Assembly: GCA_027422105.1 (NCBI GenBank)
Contig: DAIBFU010000001.1
Location: 1-57,138, forward strand
DNA: 57,138 bases
Source of the DNA: Vulcanimicrobiota bacterium
Lineage (GTDB): Bacteria; Vulcanimicrobiota; Vulcanimicrobiia; Vulcanimicrobiales; Vulcanimicrobiaceae
Reading direction: 5' to 3'
Position numbers and translations under genes: made by a program. The notes below the pieces were generated by a model. The model saw nothing but the letters and a program-made list of their open reading frames with translations, had not been told where the DNA came from and ran no database searches. Shown one piece after another: positions 19,301-29,355 of the stretch (within the stretch, counting starts at the first letter, position 1; each line of letters starts with the position of its first letter).

Positions 19301-20376
19301 AGCTCGCACTCGTCCACGATTACCTCAATCAACGCGGCGGTGCCGAACGCGTTTTCGCGGTCGTTGCTGCAGCGTTTCCTGACGCGCCGATCTATACGGC
19401 GTTCTATGACGCGCAGAAAACCGGTGACTGGTTTGCCGGGCGTACGATTCATCGTTCGTGGCTCGCCGGCATGCCGGGAATTCGCTCGCATTTTCGCTGG
19501 TACGCGCCCTTCTATCCAAACGCATTCGAACGGTTCGATTTTACGGGGTACGACGCGATCGTTAGTTCGTCGTCGGCATGGGCGAAAGGCATTCGCGTTC
19601 CTCCCGGTTGCGTGCATCTCTGTTACCTGCACTCGGTAAGCCGCTTTCTCTTCGATTACGAGGCATACGTCGGGGGACTGGGCGTCGGAATCGTCGCGCG
19701 CCCGTTGGTCGCGGCGCTGCAGCGCTGGGATCTTCGTGCAGCACAGCGCCCGACCGAGATGCTCGCAAACTCCGCAACGACGGCACGACGCGCGCTGAAA
19801 TACTACGGCCGAAGCCTCGAGGTACTCCATCCGCCGGTCGATACCGAGCGATTCACACAACGGCGAGATCCGCAAGATGCTTTTCTCGTCGTGGCGCGGA
19901 TGCTGCCGTACAAACGCATCGATCTGGCGATTGACGCGGCGCGTATCGCAAAGAGGCCGGTGCGCATCGTAGGCGATGGCCCGATGCGGGCAGCGCTGGA
20001 GCGGCGAGCGCAGGGGGCGCCGGTGACCTTTCTCGGTGAACTCGGCGACCGTGCGATCGCCGAAGAACTCGCCCGCGCGCGCGCGGTGATCGTTCCGGGC
20101 GTCGAAGATTTCGGGCTCATGCCGTTGGAGGCGGCTGCGAGCGGAACGCCGAGCATCGCGTATCGAGGGGGCGGCGCGACCGAAAGCATCATCGAGGGAA
20201 GGACCGGCTCGTTTTTTGACCGTGCTGAAGCGGAAGATCTCGCCGCAGCATTGCTTCGATTCGATCCAGCCGCATTCGATGAGGATCGGATGCGCGCGCA
20301 TGCCGCCGGCTTTTCAAATCGCGCCTTCGTCGAAAAGATCCGCACGCGTCTTACCGCGCTCGTCGATGCTCGCTAA
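19297..20376 (+). CDS. GT4-family glycosyltransferase (apparent CTG start)
   Basis: The in-frame N-terminus (L)KLALVHDYLNQRGGAERVFAVVAAAFPDAPIYT is a typical GT4 N-terminal domain. The C-terminal motif is EDFGLMPLEAAASGTPSIA. There is no ATG, GTG or TTG in frame before 19471. Confidence 0.75.
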   Translation: MKLALVHDYLNQRGGAERVFAVVAAAFPDAPIYTAFYDAQKTGDWFAGRTIHRSWLAGMPGIRSHFRWYAPFYPNAFERFDFTGYDAIVSSSSAWAKGIRVPPGCVHLCYLHSVSRFLFDYEAYVGGLGVGIVARPLVAALQRWDLRAAQRPTEMLANSATTARRALKYYGRSLEVLHPPVDTERFTQRRDPQDAFLVVARMLPYKRIDLAIDAARIAKRPVRIVGDGPMRAALERRAQGAPVTFLGELGDRAIAEELARARAVIVPGVEDFGLMPLEAAASGTPSIAYRGGGATESIIEGRTGSFFDRAEAEDLAAALLRFDPAAFDEDRMRAHAAGFSNRAFVEKIRTRLTALVDAR

Positions 20377-21523
20377 TCTCTTCCCGCGCCACCCGGCGAT
20401 CGCCCCGGGTCTTCCGAGTGTGGTGCTGCCCGCATACAACGAACGCATCGCCGACTTTGCTCGGCTGCGCGGTGAACGCATTGCGATCTACTGGCCGCAC
20501 GGCTTCGGCGATTGGGTACACTTCGGCCACGTAGCCCCGTTGCTGGCGCCGGAGAATGCCTACGCAATATTTCGCATCGGCGACGATTACAGCGCGCTAT
20601 TTGCGGGCGAGCGACCCGTTGCTGCATTCCCTTCGGGGATCCGTGCGGTGGGAAATGGATCGGCGTTGGGCGCCCTGCATCTCGGCCTGAACTGGAAGCG
20701 GCTGTCGGGGAAACGAGAGCGCATCGCCCTCCCCGGTGAACTTCCGCAAGCGTTCGCCGACTTCGCACCAACGGCGTTGCTCTACACCGATTATCCTGAG
20801 CCGGCGGAGGGGCGGCTCGCCTTTCCGTTTCACACCAAGGCGCGAGCGCTCGCACGATCCCTCGTCGGCGAGCGACGGCTCGCAGAATTCGATCTCGCGC
20901 GGCCGCTCCCGCAATCACTCTCGTTCGCCGTCTCGCCTGACGTGCAGCGGCGATTCGACGACGCGCTCGCGCGATATATCGAGCCGCAGCAGCGATTGCT
21001 GCTTGTTGCCACCAGCGGGCATACCGCGCCTGAGAAAGCGTGGCCGAACGAGGATGCACGGGCTTTCGTCGAACTGCTCGGGACGCGTGATGCGCGCATG
21101 CGGGTGATTCTGCTCGATGCTCTCGGCGATCCCCATGACGGTTGGCACGAACGTAACAATGTGCTCTCGTTTCGTACGTTCGCGGCGGAGATCGACGAAC
21201 CGTTTGCGACGATCTTCCTCGCGTTGATGGCGCGTCTCCACGCCGTGGTCGGTGTCCCCGCCGGGCCGATGCACGCCGTTTCGGCTCGCGGGGGGGTCCC
21301 GCTCGTCGGCTTGTGGCTCGCGCACTATCCGACGTGGTACGACGAACCGAATCCGCTTGCACTCCATCTCGTCGGCGAGGGCCCGATTCTACGCGGTTAT
21401 CACCGACGGCCGGCAGCAACGACCTTGCCGGCGAGTCTCGACTATCGCATCGAACAGGTTGGAACGGAAAGGATATCTCCGGAACTCGTTCTCGACGCGC
21501 TGATTCGCATCGGCGCGGTTTAG
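20366..21523 (+). CDS. GT9-like (heptosyltransferase-fold) glycosyltransferase
   Basis: Start trimmed to the ATG at 20366 (MLANLFPRHP...). The C-terminal segment VVGVPAGPMHAVSARGGVPLVGLW resembles the GT9 nucleotide-sugar-binding segment. Confidence 0.5.
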   Translation: MLANLFPRHPAIAPGLPSVVLPAYNERIADFARLRGERIAIYWPHGFGDWVHFGHVAPLLAPENAYAIFRIGDDYSALFAGERPVAAFPSGIRAVGNGSALGALHLGLNWKRLSGKRERIALPGELPQAFADFAPTALLYTDYPEPAEGRLAFPFHTKARALARSLVGERRLAEFDLARPLPQSLSFAVSPDVQRRFDDALARYIEPQQRLLLVATSGHTAPEKAWPNEDARAFVELLGTRDARMRVILLDALGDPHDGWHERNNVLSFRTFAAEIDEPFATIFLALMARLHAVVGVPAGPMHAVSARGGVPLVGLWLAHYPTWYDEPNPLALHLVGEGPILRGYHRRPAATTLPASLDYRIEQVGTERISPELVLDALIRIGAV

Positions 21524-22299
21524 TGCGTCTTTATCCATAACAGCGAAGAAAAGGCGATCGCGTTAAAAGACGCGTGCGTTAGCATTGAAATAATGAGATT
21601 TTTCGAACGATAATATACGGTCGCCAGAACGAAACCGACGAGCGCGAGCGGGAGAAAGAGCTCGATATCGCCATGTGCCGCTCCGAAGAGGAGCGAACTG
21701 AATATCGCGCCGATCCAAAAATTGCCGTACCGCATTCCAAGGTTGAAAAGAAATCCCCTGAAAATCAACTCTTCGGCGATCGGTGCAACGACCACGCCAT
21801 AGAGGATAAAGGCGACGATCGCGGGCGTATGCCGAATGTTCTCGAAAATTTTGGCGACGTCTTGCATGTGGTGGGGGTGATGCGAAAGATGTTCGACGAT
21901 GATGCTACCGCCGTCGCCCACGATAATCGCAGCTGCGAAACCTCCGATGACGTACAGCAAAGCCCTCGCCGGGGGAAGCCGCAAGCCGAGCTCCTCCCAC
22001 GAATAAAGGGAGATGCGCGGAAGCATAGCGATCAGGACGAAGATCGGCGGTAATTCAAATGCAAGTTGAACGACGAGTATCGCGGTGACCGGTAGGTTCG
22101 TCGGTGAATGCATCAGCTTCGAAAGTATCGACGGGTCGATGATCGCGTACGCGACGAGTGCAAGAACAGCACAGACCACGGCCAGACCGATCATGCCGAG
22201 GACGAGCAACGCGACGGAGGAGCCTTTAAATGCCCCCTCGCGCCAGTGCGTCGGCCAACCGGGCGAAACTATCGATGTCGATCCGTTCTCCGCGTTCAT
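21520..22299 (-). CDS. CPBP-family intramembrane metalloprotease (CAAX protease/Abi)
   Basis: Motifs EELIFRGFLF, FGAAH and HASFN, with several TM helices. The start could be 22194 (MIGLAVV). The tracked start overlaps rsmA by 74 nt. Confidence 0.85.
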   Translation of the reverse strand: MNAENGSTSIVSPGWPTHWREGAFKGSSVALLVLGMIGLAVVCAVLALVAYAIIDPSILSKLMHSPTNLPVTAILVVQLAFELPPIFVLIAMLPRISLYSWEELGLRLPPARALLYVIGGFAAAIIVGDGGSIIVEHLSHHPHHMQDVAKIFENIRHTPAIVAFILYGVVVAPIAEELIFRGFLFNLGMRYGNFWIGAIFSSLLFGAAHGDIELFLPLALVGFVLATVYYRSKNLIISMLTHASFNAIAFSSLLWIKTH

Positions 22300-23050
22300 T
22301 TTCGTCGATTCCAGCCGTTTGCATGGCGTTGAGGATCTCGCTTCGCTCTACGGAGAGCGCACGCGAGAGCGAGTTCGCTAAAGTCTTTCGCCGATACGCG
22401 AACGATCCGCGCACGACCTTCTCGAAAAGAGCGGGGTCGATCGGCTCGACCAACGGTCGTGCGCGTCGATTCAGGACGATCACCGTTGAATCGACTTTCG
22501 GGCGTGGATAAAATGCTGCGGGGCCGAGCGTGAACGCACGTTCGACCTTCATCACATTGTTCACGGCGATGGTGAGGCTGCCGTATGCCGGCGTTCCGGG
22601 TGCTGCAAGCAATCGGTCGGCGACATCCTTTTGAATCATCGCGACGATGCGTTGCGGCCCGTCGGTGAGTTGCGCGAGCTGTATCAGGAGCGGCGTTGCG
22701 ATGTTATAGGGCAAGTTGCCTGCGACGTGCCAGCGTCGGCATGAGGATTCTGGCCACGCATAGTTCAGCGCGTCGGCTTCGAGAATCTCGACCGATGAAA
22801 GCGCTTCGCTCTGTCGGAGCAACGCGACTAAATCGCGATCGATCTCTAATGCGCGGACGCGGGCGCCGTCGCGGGCGAGTGCGGTGGTAAGCGCGCCGGT
22901 ACCGGGGCCGACCTCAACGATCCATTCCGGCGCGTCGGCGAGTGCGAGCGCGGCAATTTTTACGCAGAGCGAATCGTCGAGCAAGAAATTTTGCCCGAAA
23001 CGCTTTTTCGGGTGTAACCCCGCCGCGTTGAGAAGACCGCGTGCGCTCAC
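22226..23050 (-). CDS. rsmA: 16S rRNA (adenine1518/1519-N6)-dimethyltransferase
   Basis: Start trimmed to the GTG at 23050 (GTGA overlap with the upstream stop). Motifs FGQNFL, VEVGPGTGALT and GNLPYNI. Confidence 0.92.
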   Translation of the reverse strand: MSARGLLNAAGLHPKKRFGQNFLLDDSLCVKIAALALADAPEWIVEVGPGTGALTTALARDGARVRALEIDRDLVALLRQSEALSSVEILEADALNYAWPESSCRRWHVAGNLPYNIATPLLIQLAQLTDGPQRIVAMIQKDVADRLLAAPGTPAYGSLTIAVNNVMKVERAFTLGPAAFYPRPKVDSTVIVLNRRARPLVEPIDPALFEKVVRGSFAYRRKTLANSLSRALSVERSEILNAMQTAGIDENERGERIDIDSFARLADALARGGI

Positions 23051-24066
23051 CCTTTGATAGCGAAGACTTCGATCTTCCGGCGCCCGAACTGCAGCGCTGC
23101 GCGTTCGGAATCGAAGCCGAGATCGATGCGGTGGCCGATAATTGCGCCCCCGGTGTCGCCGGCAACGGCGTATCCATAGCCGGGAATAAAGAGTTTGGTT
23201 CCCAAGGGAATGACACGCGGATCGACGGCAACGATACCGTGGCCGGCACGCTCGCCCGTCGCGGTAATTCCGCTGCAACCCGTGCACCACGGCGTGTACG
23301 CGGTCGCGACCATGCTAATGGCATGTACGGCTCGCAGCTGCATGCTGCCGATACTCCGCGCCGTGTAGGTTGAGAAGGCCCCGATATCTCCTACTCCGTC
23401 GAGGACGATGCGCGGGTGCGCGGCCTTCACGGTGGTCGATGCGAGCGCGACGCGGCGTACGATGCCGTTCGGATATTTAAAGTAGCGATAATCAACACGT
23501 CGTTCGCCGATCGAGCCAACCGCAACGATTTTATGAGCGCCGACGCGCATGTGCGTATCGAGGTGATGGATCGTTCCGGCGCGTACCGGCACGACGACGC
23601 TGCGATCCCATGCAATAATATGATAGAGCCTGATACGCGAACCGTTGTGCAGCGTGGTTCCAAGCGAGGGAAATACTTTATCGAATTTTCCGATCTTCAC
23701 ACCTTGCATCGAAAGAAACGAGCCGACATCCTGTGCCGTCGTTGCAACGTTTTCGACTGACGCTCCATCTAAAAAGACCACGTGAATCGCGCGCCGATAA
23801 ATAATCGTCGCGCCGTTGCTCAGCGGGGCGGCCGGTGCGGGCACGACTTCATCGCCGGGCGCAACCTGAATGCCCCGTTCGCGGAGGAATTGGCCGACAT
23901 TCGCGGCGGTGCTTTGGTAGGGCATGCTCCGCGATCCATCCTCGAAGAGGACGGTATAGGTGGCGGGCTCCGCCGCGCGCACTGCCGTGCTCGGCGCGAC
24001 GAAGGAGGCACCCAGAGCAAAGCCTGCTCCCAGCAAGCCTACGAAAATGAGATGGAGTCGGCGCAT
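23047..24066 (-). CDS. YabE/RpfB-like cell-wall protein (2x DUF348, G5, 3D domains)
   Basis: Start trimmed to 24066 (MRRLHLIFVGLLGAGFALGASF signal/anchor). The C-terminal 3D domain reads ATAYTPWCTGCSGITATGERAGHGIVAVDPRVIPLGTKLFIPGYGYAVAGDTGGAI. Confidence 0.85.
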   Translation of the reverse strand: MRRLHLIFVGLLGAGFALGASFVAPSTAVRAAEPATYTVLFEDGSRSMPYQSTAANVGQFLRERGIQVAPGDEVVPAPAAPLSNGATIIYRRAIHVVFLDGASVENVATTAQDVGSFLSMQGVKIGKFDKVFPSLGTTLHNGSRIRLYHIIAWDRSVVVPVRAGTIHHLDTHMRVGAHKIVAVGSIGERRVDYRYFKYPNGIVRRVALASTTVKAAHPRIVLDGVGDIGAFSTYTARSIGSMQLRAVHAISMVATAYTPWCTGCSGITATGERAGHGIVAVDPRVIPLGTKLFIPGYGYAVAGDTGGAIIGHRIDLGFDSERAALQFGRRKIEVFAIKG

Positions 24067-24445
24067 GGGCCTTCGTCCTATCAACCGCGTTCCTTTCGCG
24101 TTCGGGCGTCCTGCAGGCACGGTGTCGCACATCGATGGTGCGGCGGTGGCGAGCGGGGGGCGCCGGTCGTTTATGGAGTGGTGGTTGACGGACCCCTCGA
24201 GACCATGGAGGGGAAACGCCAATGATCGGGGCGGATCACTGCAAATCTTGTCGATGTGGGTATGCAGTGGGTCCGCTCGGATGGGCCGCGGAGCGGCCGG
24301 GTCGGGCAATGTGGCCGTCGACCGGGCGGACTATAGCACGTCGCTTCCGCGGGCTTCCTATGCCAAAAGTCGACTTGAAGAAGGGTAATCCTTCTGTAGC
24401 GATCATAAAGGCCCGGGGTAGGCCGAGTGGAAACCGAGTTCGGCG

Positions 24446-25579
24446 ATGCTGAGGGTTGGACTCTTTACCGAGGTCTATCATCCGGTGGTCAACGGGGTCG
24501 TCACCGCCGTCGATACCCTACGCGCATACCTCACGGAGCTCGGGCATGAGGTGACCGTTTTTACCCCGCGACATCCGGAGGCGCGCTATGACGCGGGCGT
24601 CGTGCGGATTCCATCGCTCCCGTTGCCGACGCAGAGCGATTATCGGCTCACCGTCCCCGTTTTGCGCCGAAGTGAGATCGCGCGCCGCGTCGCGCAGCTC
24701 GACGTGCTGCATCTCCATTCGCCGTTCGTCACCGGCTGGATGGGATTACGCTACGCGCGGCGCTACGGGCACCCGACCGTCTACACCTACCACACGCAGT
24801 TGGAAGCGTATGCACATTACGTTCCCTTCGAGGCGCGAGCAACACGCTACGCTGCCTCGGAGTTGACGCGTCGTTTTGCAAACGCCGTCGCTGCCGTCAT
24901 CGTCCCGACCTCCGCGATGGAGCAACGCTTGCATGACCTCGGCGTCGACGGGCGCATCGAGGTGTTGCCCAGCGGTATCGATGTCGATTTTTTTTCGCGC
25001 GGCCGCCGCTGCGAAGAGCTGCGCGAGCGGATGGGTGCGGGTGCAGCGGATCGGCTCTATCTCGCCGTCGGTCGACTCGCGCTGGAAAAAAATCTCCCGA
25101 CCGTTATCGAGGCGCTCGCGGCGGTTCGCTCGCCGAGCGTGCGCCTTGCATTCATCGGCGACGGCCCGGAGCGCGATGCATTGGAAGCACTCGTGCGGGA
25201 TCGCGGTCTTGAGGAGCGCGTACGCTTTCTCGGTGCGCTACCGCGACGCTCGCTCCCCGATTTCTATGCAAGCGCCGACGGCTTTCTTTTCCCGAGCATG
25301 ACCGAGACGCAAGGGTTGGTCCAAGTTGAGGCGCTCGCCGCCGGGTTGCCGGTCTTTGCCGCCGACTCGCCGCAGAACCGCGACGTGCTTGGAGGCTGTG
25401 CGCGTCTGCTCGCACCGGATGCGCAGAGCTTCGCTCTGGCGATGGCGGCGGATTCGCCGCCGGTGGTCACCCGCGAGGAGATGCTTGCCACCGCCCGTCG
25501 CTTCGACGCTCGAAGCATCGTCGTTCGCTGCGTCGAGATCTATCAAGAGGCGATCGCGAGGCTCGCAACGCCGGCTTGA
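24446..25579 (+). CDS. GT4-family glycosyltransferase (glycolipid synthase-like)
   Basis: MLRVGLFTEVYHPVVNGVVTAV N-terminus and ETQGLVQVEALAAGLPV motif. Confidence 0.85.
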   Translation: MLRVGLFTEVYHPVVNGVVTAVDTLRAYLTELGHEVTVFTPRHPEARYDAGVVRIPSLPLPTQSDYRLTVPVLRRSEIARRVAQLDVLHLHSPFVTGWMGLRYARRYGHPTVYTYHTQLEAYAHYVPFEARATRYAASELTRRFANAVAAVIVPTSAMEQRLHDLGVDGRIEVLPSGIDVDFFSRGRRCEELRERMGAGAADRLYLAVGRLALEKNLPTVIEALAAVRSPSVRLAFIGDGPERDALEALVRDRGLEERVRFLGALPRRSLPDFYASADGFLFPSMTETQGLVQVEALAAGLPVFAADSPQNRDVLGGCARLLAPDAQSFALAMAADSPPVVTREEMLATARRFDARSIVVRCVEIYQEAIARLATPA

Positions 25580-25622
25580 CGGCGAACGTATGTTCGATGT
25601 ATGCTGACCTGGAGGTCCATGC

Positions 25623-26039
25623 ATGCGGAATACGTCGCTTCACCGGGTTCTGGTCGACTACGGCTACGCGGCCGCAGCGACGGGTAACGCCGTCCTCATC
25701 GCTCGAATCCGGCGCGGTCGGAGCGCTCAACTCCTGCGCGTTCCATTCTCCATCGCCGTGCCGGAGGAGTGCGCCGAACGAGCGGCATCCTACGGAGCGC
25801 TCCAAGCATTGCTCGATGCCTTACGCAGTTTCGGTCATCGGCTCGCGACCGTGGTCGTTCCCGATCGCGAGTTGCTCGAGGACCTGCGCGAGCACCGCGC
25901 GCTCCCCTACCGGCTCCATCGGCCATACATTCATCTCCTCTGCTCCCTGCGGGCGACGCCGACGTTCGTGCTCGAACTCGGCCGCGCCGAGGATCTCGCC
26001 GAACTCGCCCGCGCCGAGCTCTCGCGAATCGCCGCGTAG
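25623..26039 (+). CDS. hypothetical protein, possibly RNase H-like fold
   Basis: High GC3. The order LVDYGY ... ECAERAASYGALQALLDAL ... VVVPDRELL loosely matches the D-E-D order of RNase H-like domains. The competing frame 25576-26202 is S/R/P-rich. Confidence 0.4.
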   Translation: MRNTSLHRVLVDYGYAAAATGNAVLIARIRRGRSAQLLRVPFSIAVPEECAERAASYGALQALLDALRSFGHRLATVVVPDRELLEDLREHRALPYRLHRPYIHLLCSLRATPTFVLELGRAEDLAELARAELSRIAA

Positions 26040-26088
26040 AGCAATCGTAAAAATCGCGCGTTCTTCTAAAGAACGTTCGGCGCGGCGC

Positions 26089-26118
26089 TTGAAGGGAGCA
26101 GCGATCCCATGCTATAAC
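26089..26118 (+). promoter_or_regulatory. candidate sigma-70-type promoter of rho
   Basis: TTGAAG (26089-26094), an 18-nt spacer, then TATAAC (26113-26118). It lies about 275 nt upstream of the preferred rho start. Confidence 0.3.
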
Positions 26119-26392
26119 CTCACTGGTGCCGTTGAGTCGCTATCGACTCGCCCGGCGCAATCTATTCCCTCCCGCCCACACTCACCCACCGTCGCGGCGT
26201 AGCCCGATGAAGTCGCTGGTGAATGCGTGCGGACGCTGCGAGAGTGAGCCTCCCCTGCAACTCGATCATCGCCCCAACGAAAATGGCCGCCCGCCCAATG
26301 GGGGCCGCCGCCGCCGTTCGCGCCGCCGCCATAATAATTCCGGGTTCCCACAGCCCGAAGCATTCGCTCAGAATGAGGCGCAGGCGCCGCCG

Positions 26393-27691
26393 ATGCTGAC
26401 CGCCGCGCAACTCGAAGAGAAGAGTAAGAGCGAGCTTGTCGAGCTGGCAAAAGAATTTTCGATCGAGATTGCCACGCCGGCGAAAGTAAAGAAGGACGAG
26501 ATCGTCCTCCAGATTCTCGCAGCGCAGCAAGCACGCTCCGGTATCGAGAGCGCGAGCGGCATCCTCGACATTCTTCCGGAAGGCTACGGCTTTTTGCGAC
26601 GCGCCGGTTATGTGATCGGTAACGAAGATGTCTACGTCAGTCAAGCGCAGATACGGCGGGCCGATCTTCGGCGCGGCGACCGCGTCGATGCGACCGTGCG
26701 TCGACCGAAAGAGGGAGAGAAATATTTCGGCCTCTTGCGCGTCGATCGCATCAACGAGATCGATATCGAAAAAATGGGCGTGCGGAAAACTTTCGAAAAA
26801 GGCACGCCGATCTATCCCAACGAGCGCTTCAAGCTCGAGGTTCGTGCAACGCAGCTCTCGACGCGCGTCATCGACCTTTTCTGCCCGATCGGTAAAGGGC
26901 AGCGCGCGCTCATCGTTTCCCCGCCTAAAGCGGGTAAGACGACGCTGCTGAAAAATATCGCCAACTCGATCTCCATCAATCATCCCGAAGCGCACATCAT
27001 CGCGCTTCTCGTCGATGAACGCCCCGAAGAAGTCACGGATATGCAACGGACGATCGACGGCGAAGTCGTCGCTTCGACGTTCGACGAACATCCCGAGAAT
27101 CACACCGCCGTCGCCGAACTCACGATGGAGCGCGCGAAGCGCCTCGTTGAGATGGGGAAAGACGTCGTCATTCTCCTCGATTCCATCACGCGTCTTGCCC
27201 GCGCCTACAACCAGGTCGTTCCGAATTCCGGGCGCACCCTTTCCGGCGGCCTCGACACCGCATCGCTGCATAAACCGAAACGCTTTTTCGGCGCGGCGCG
27301 CAAGATCGAAGAAGGCGGCTCGCTGACCATCATCGCGACCGCGCTCATCGAGACCGGATCGAAAATGGACGACATCATTTTCGAAGAGTTCAAGGGCACG
27401 GGAAATATGGAACTCAACCTCACCCGTAAACTCGCCGAATCGCGCGTCTTCCCCGCCGTCGATATCAAACGTTCGGGAACGCGACACGAAGAGCTCTTGC
27501 TCTCCAACGAAGAGATGCGGAAAATCTGGATGCTTCGTCGCGCGACCGCTGTACTCAACAGCGGCGATATCACCGAGATCATCCTCGACAAGATGGCCCA
27601 AACGCGCACGAACGACGAGTTCTTGGCGTCGGTTACCAAAGAGGCGCTCTCGATGTCCCGTGGTTACGAAGAGAGCAACGGAAAGTACTAA
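26393..27691 (+). CDS. rho: transcription termination factor Rho
   Basis: The preferred start is the ATG at 26393 ([22 protein letters not shown]). Motifs are EGYGFLR (RNA binding) and [10 protein letters not shown] (Walker A). Upstream in-frame ATGs at 26207 and 26126 would add an R/P-rich extension. Confidence 0.93.
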   Translation: MLTAAQLEEKSKSELVELAKEFSIEIATPAKVKKDEIVLQILAAQQARSGIESASGILDILPEGYGFLRRAGYVIGNEDVYVSQAQIRRADLRRGDRVDATVRRPKEGEKYFGLLRVDRINEIDIEKMGVRKTFEKGTPIYPNERFKLEVRATQLSTRVIDLFCPIGKGQRALIVSPPKAGKTTLLKNIANSISINHPEAHIIALLVDERPEEVTDMQRTIDGEVVASTFDEHPENHTAVAELTMERAKRLVEMGKDVVILLDSITRLARAYNQVVPNSGRTLSGGLDTASLHKPKRFFGAARKIEEGGSLTIIATALIETGSKMDDIIFEEFKGTGNMELNLTRKLAESRVFPAVDIKRSGTRHEELLLSNEEMRKIWMLRRATAVLNSGDITEIILDKMAQTRTNDEFLASVTKEALSMSRGYEESNGKY

Positions 27692-27707
27692 GCGCGACAC
27701 TGCGCAG

Positions 27708-28457
27708 ATGCGGCTCAACCGTGCGCTTGCGCGCGCGGGGGTCGCATCGCGTCGTGCCGCCGACGAACTCATTCTCGCCGGCCGCGTGAGCGTGAACGGG
27801 CATGTCGTTCGTGAACTTGGTATCCTCGTCGGCCCCGACGATCGTATTCTTTGCGATGGGAAGCCTGCGCTCGCGCAACGCTACATCTACTTGGCGATGA
27901 ATAAACCGGTCGGTGTCGTCACGACGCTCTCCGATCCCGAGGGTCGGCGCACGATTCTCGACCTTTTGCCGCGCGATCTTCCGCGCGTCGTTCCCGCCGG
28001 TCGCCTCGATTACGATACCTCGGGGCTTTTATTGCTCAGTAACGACGGCGACCTGATTCACCGTTTGCTGCATCCGCGTTTCGGTGTCGAAAAAACCTAT
28101 CGCGCGACGATTCGCGGAGAGCTGAGTCCAGCGCAGATCGAGGAACTACGCGCCGGTGTGCGCACGCCGAGCTTTCGCGCGGCGGGGGCAAAATTGCGGA
28201 TCGTCTCGTCGGCCTCGCTGCGAAGCCTCGTCGATCTCACGATCCATGAGGGGCGCAACCGCCAGGTTCGCGAGATGTTCGCCGCGCTCGGACACCCCGT
28301 CATCGAACTACGACGCCTACGCTTCGGCCCGATCGAACTCGGCTCGCTCGCTTCGGGGCGGGTGCGCCCGTTAACCGCGCGCGAGATCGCCGAACTCGCA
28401 CGTGCGACCTCTCACCACCCCGCGCCCGCCGGTCGCATGGTAGCATCTCGGGAATGA
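27708..28457 (+). CDS. rluB: 23S rRNA pseudouridine synthase, RsuA/RluB family
   Basis: S4 domain [22 protein letters not shown] and catalytic motif [17 protein letters not shown]. Confidence 0.88.
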   Translation: MRLNRALARAGVASRRAADELILAGRVSVNGHVVRELGILVGPDDRILCDGKPALAQRYIYLAMNKPVGVVTTLSDPEGRRTILDLLPRDLPRVVPAGRLDYDTSGLLLLSNDGDLIHRLLHPRFGVEKTYRATIRGELSPAQIEELRAGVRTPSFRAAGAKLRIVSSASLRSLVDLTIHEGRNRQVREMFAALGHPVIELRRLRFGPIELGSLASGRVRPLTAREIAELARATSHHPAPAGRMVASRE

Positions 28458-29347
28458 ACGCTCGCCCGCTTCCGCCTTCGCGCGACTTTCGGCTCGTGCA
28501 CGTCGATGCTCGCGACCGGCGCAGCGTCGTTTCGCTTCGCCCCGGTGGGCCGAGCTTCGGCGGCGAGGAACTCGCGATCTGCGCCGGCCCATGTGCCGTC
28601 GAAAGTCTCGAGCAGATGCTTGCGACCGCCGCTGCGGTCGCGCGCGCCGGGGCCAACGTCCTGCGAGGCGGAGCCTATAAGCCACGCACCTCGCCGTACT
28701 CCTTCCAAGGGCTGGGCCGCGAAGGGCTCGCGATGATGCGCGAGGCCGCCGACCTCCACGGGCTCGCCGTCGTCACCGAGGTTCTCGACCCGCGCGATGC
28801 CGAGATCGTCGCCGAGAGCGCTGAGATGCTGCAGATCGGCGCTCGCAACATGCAGAACACCGCCCTGCTGCGCGCGGTCGGAGAGACCGGCAAGCCGATC
28901 CTGCTCAAGCGCGGGCTTGCAGCGACGGTCGACGAGTGGCTGCTCGCTGCTGAATATATCGCGCTCACCGGGAACGAGAGGATCGTCCTCTGCGAACGCG
29001 GCGTGCGGAGCTTCGACCCGGCGACGCGCAACCTCCTCGACCTCGCGGTCGTCCCGCTGCTCGCCGGTCGTACGCATCTGCCGACGATCGTCGACCCGTC
29101 GCACGGCACGGGGATCGCAGGGCTGGTCGCGCCGATGGGGCTCGCCGCAGTGGCGGCGGGCGCAGCCGGGATCATGGTCGAAGTGCACCCCGACCCTGCT
29201 TCGGCGGTCTCCGACGGGATGCAGTCGCTGACATTTGCAGAGTTCGAATCGTTTATGGAAAGCATGCCGGCGGTCGCTGCTGCGGTGGGCCGACGCTTGC
29301 CGAAACACTTCGCCGGATCCCTCAACGCCACGCCGCCATCATCATAG
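28454..29347 (+). CDS. 3-deoxy-7-phosphoheptulonate (DAHP) synthase, type I-beta
   Basis: [28 protein letters not shown] and DPSHG. Confidence 0.9.
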   Translation: MNARPLPPSRDFRLVHVDARDRRSVVSLRPGGPSFGGEELAICAGPCAVESLEQMLATAAAVARAGANVLRGGAYKPRTSPYSFQGLGREGLAMMREAADLHGLAVVTEVLDPRDAEIVAESAEMLQIGARNMQNTALLRAVGETGKPILLKRGLAATVDEWLLAAEYIALTGNERIVLCERGVRSFDPATRNLLDLAVVPLLAGRTHLPTIVDPSHGTGIAGLVAPMGLAAVAAGAAGIMVEVHPDPASAVSDGMQSLTFAEFESFMESMPAVAAAVGRRLPKHFAGSLNATPPSS

Positions 29348-29355
29348 GAGTACGC

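Noticed and set aside
26050-26072. Short hairpin CGTTCTT-cta-AAGAACG after the 25623-26039 gene, considered as a terminator.
   Set aside because: The stem is only 7 bp and AT-rich, with no following T-tract, so it is too weak to call.
25576-26202. 208-aa ORF overlapping the 25623-26039 gene in another frame.
   Set aside because: Its composition is Ser/Arg/Pro-rich. The 25623 frame shows the GC3 bias typical of genuine genes here.
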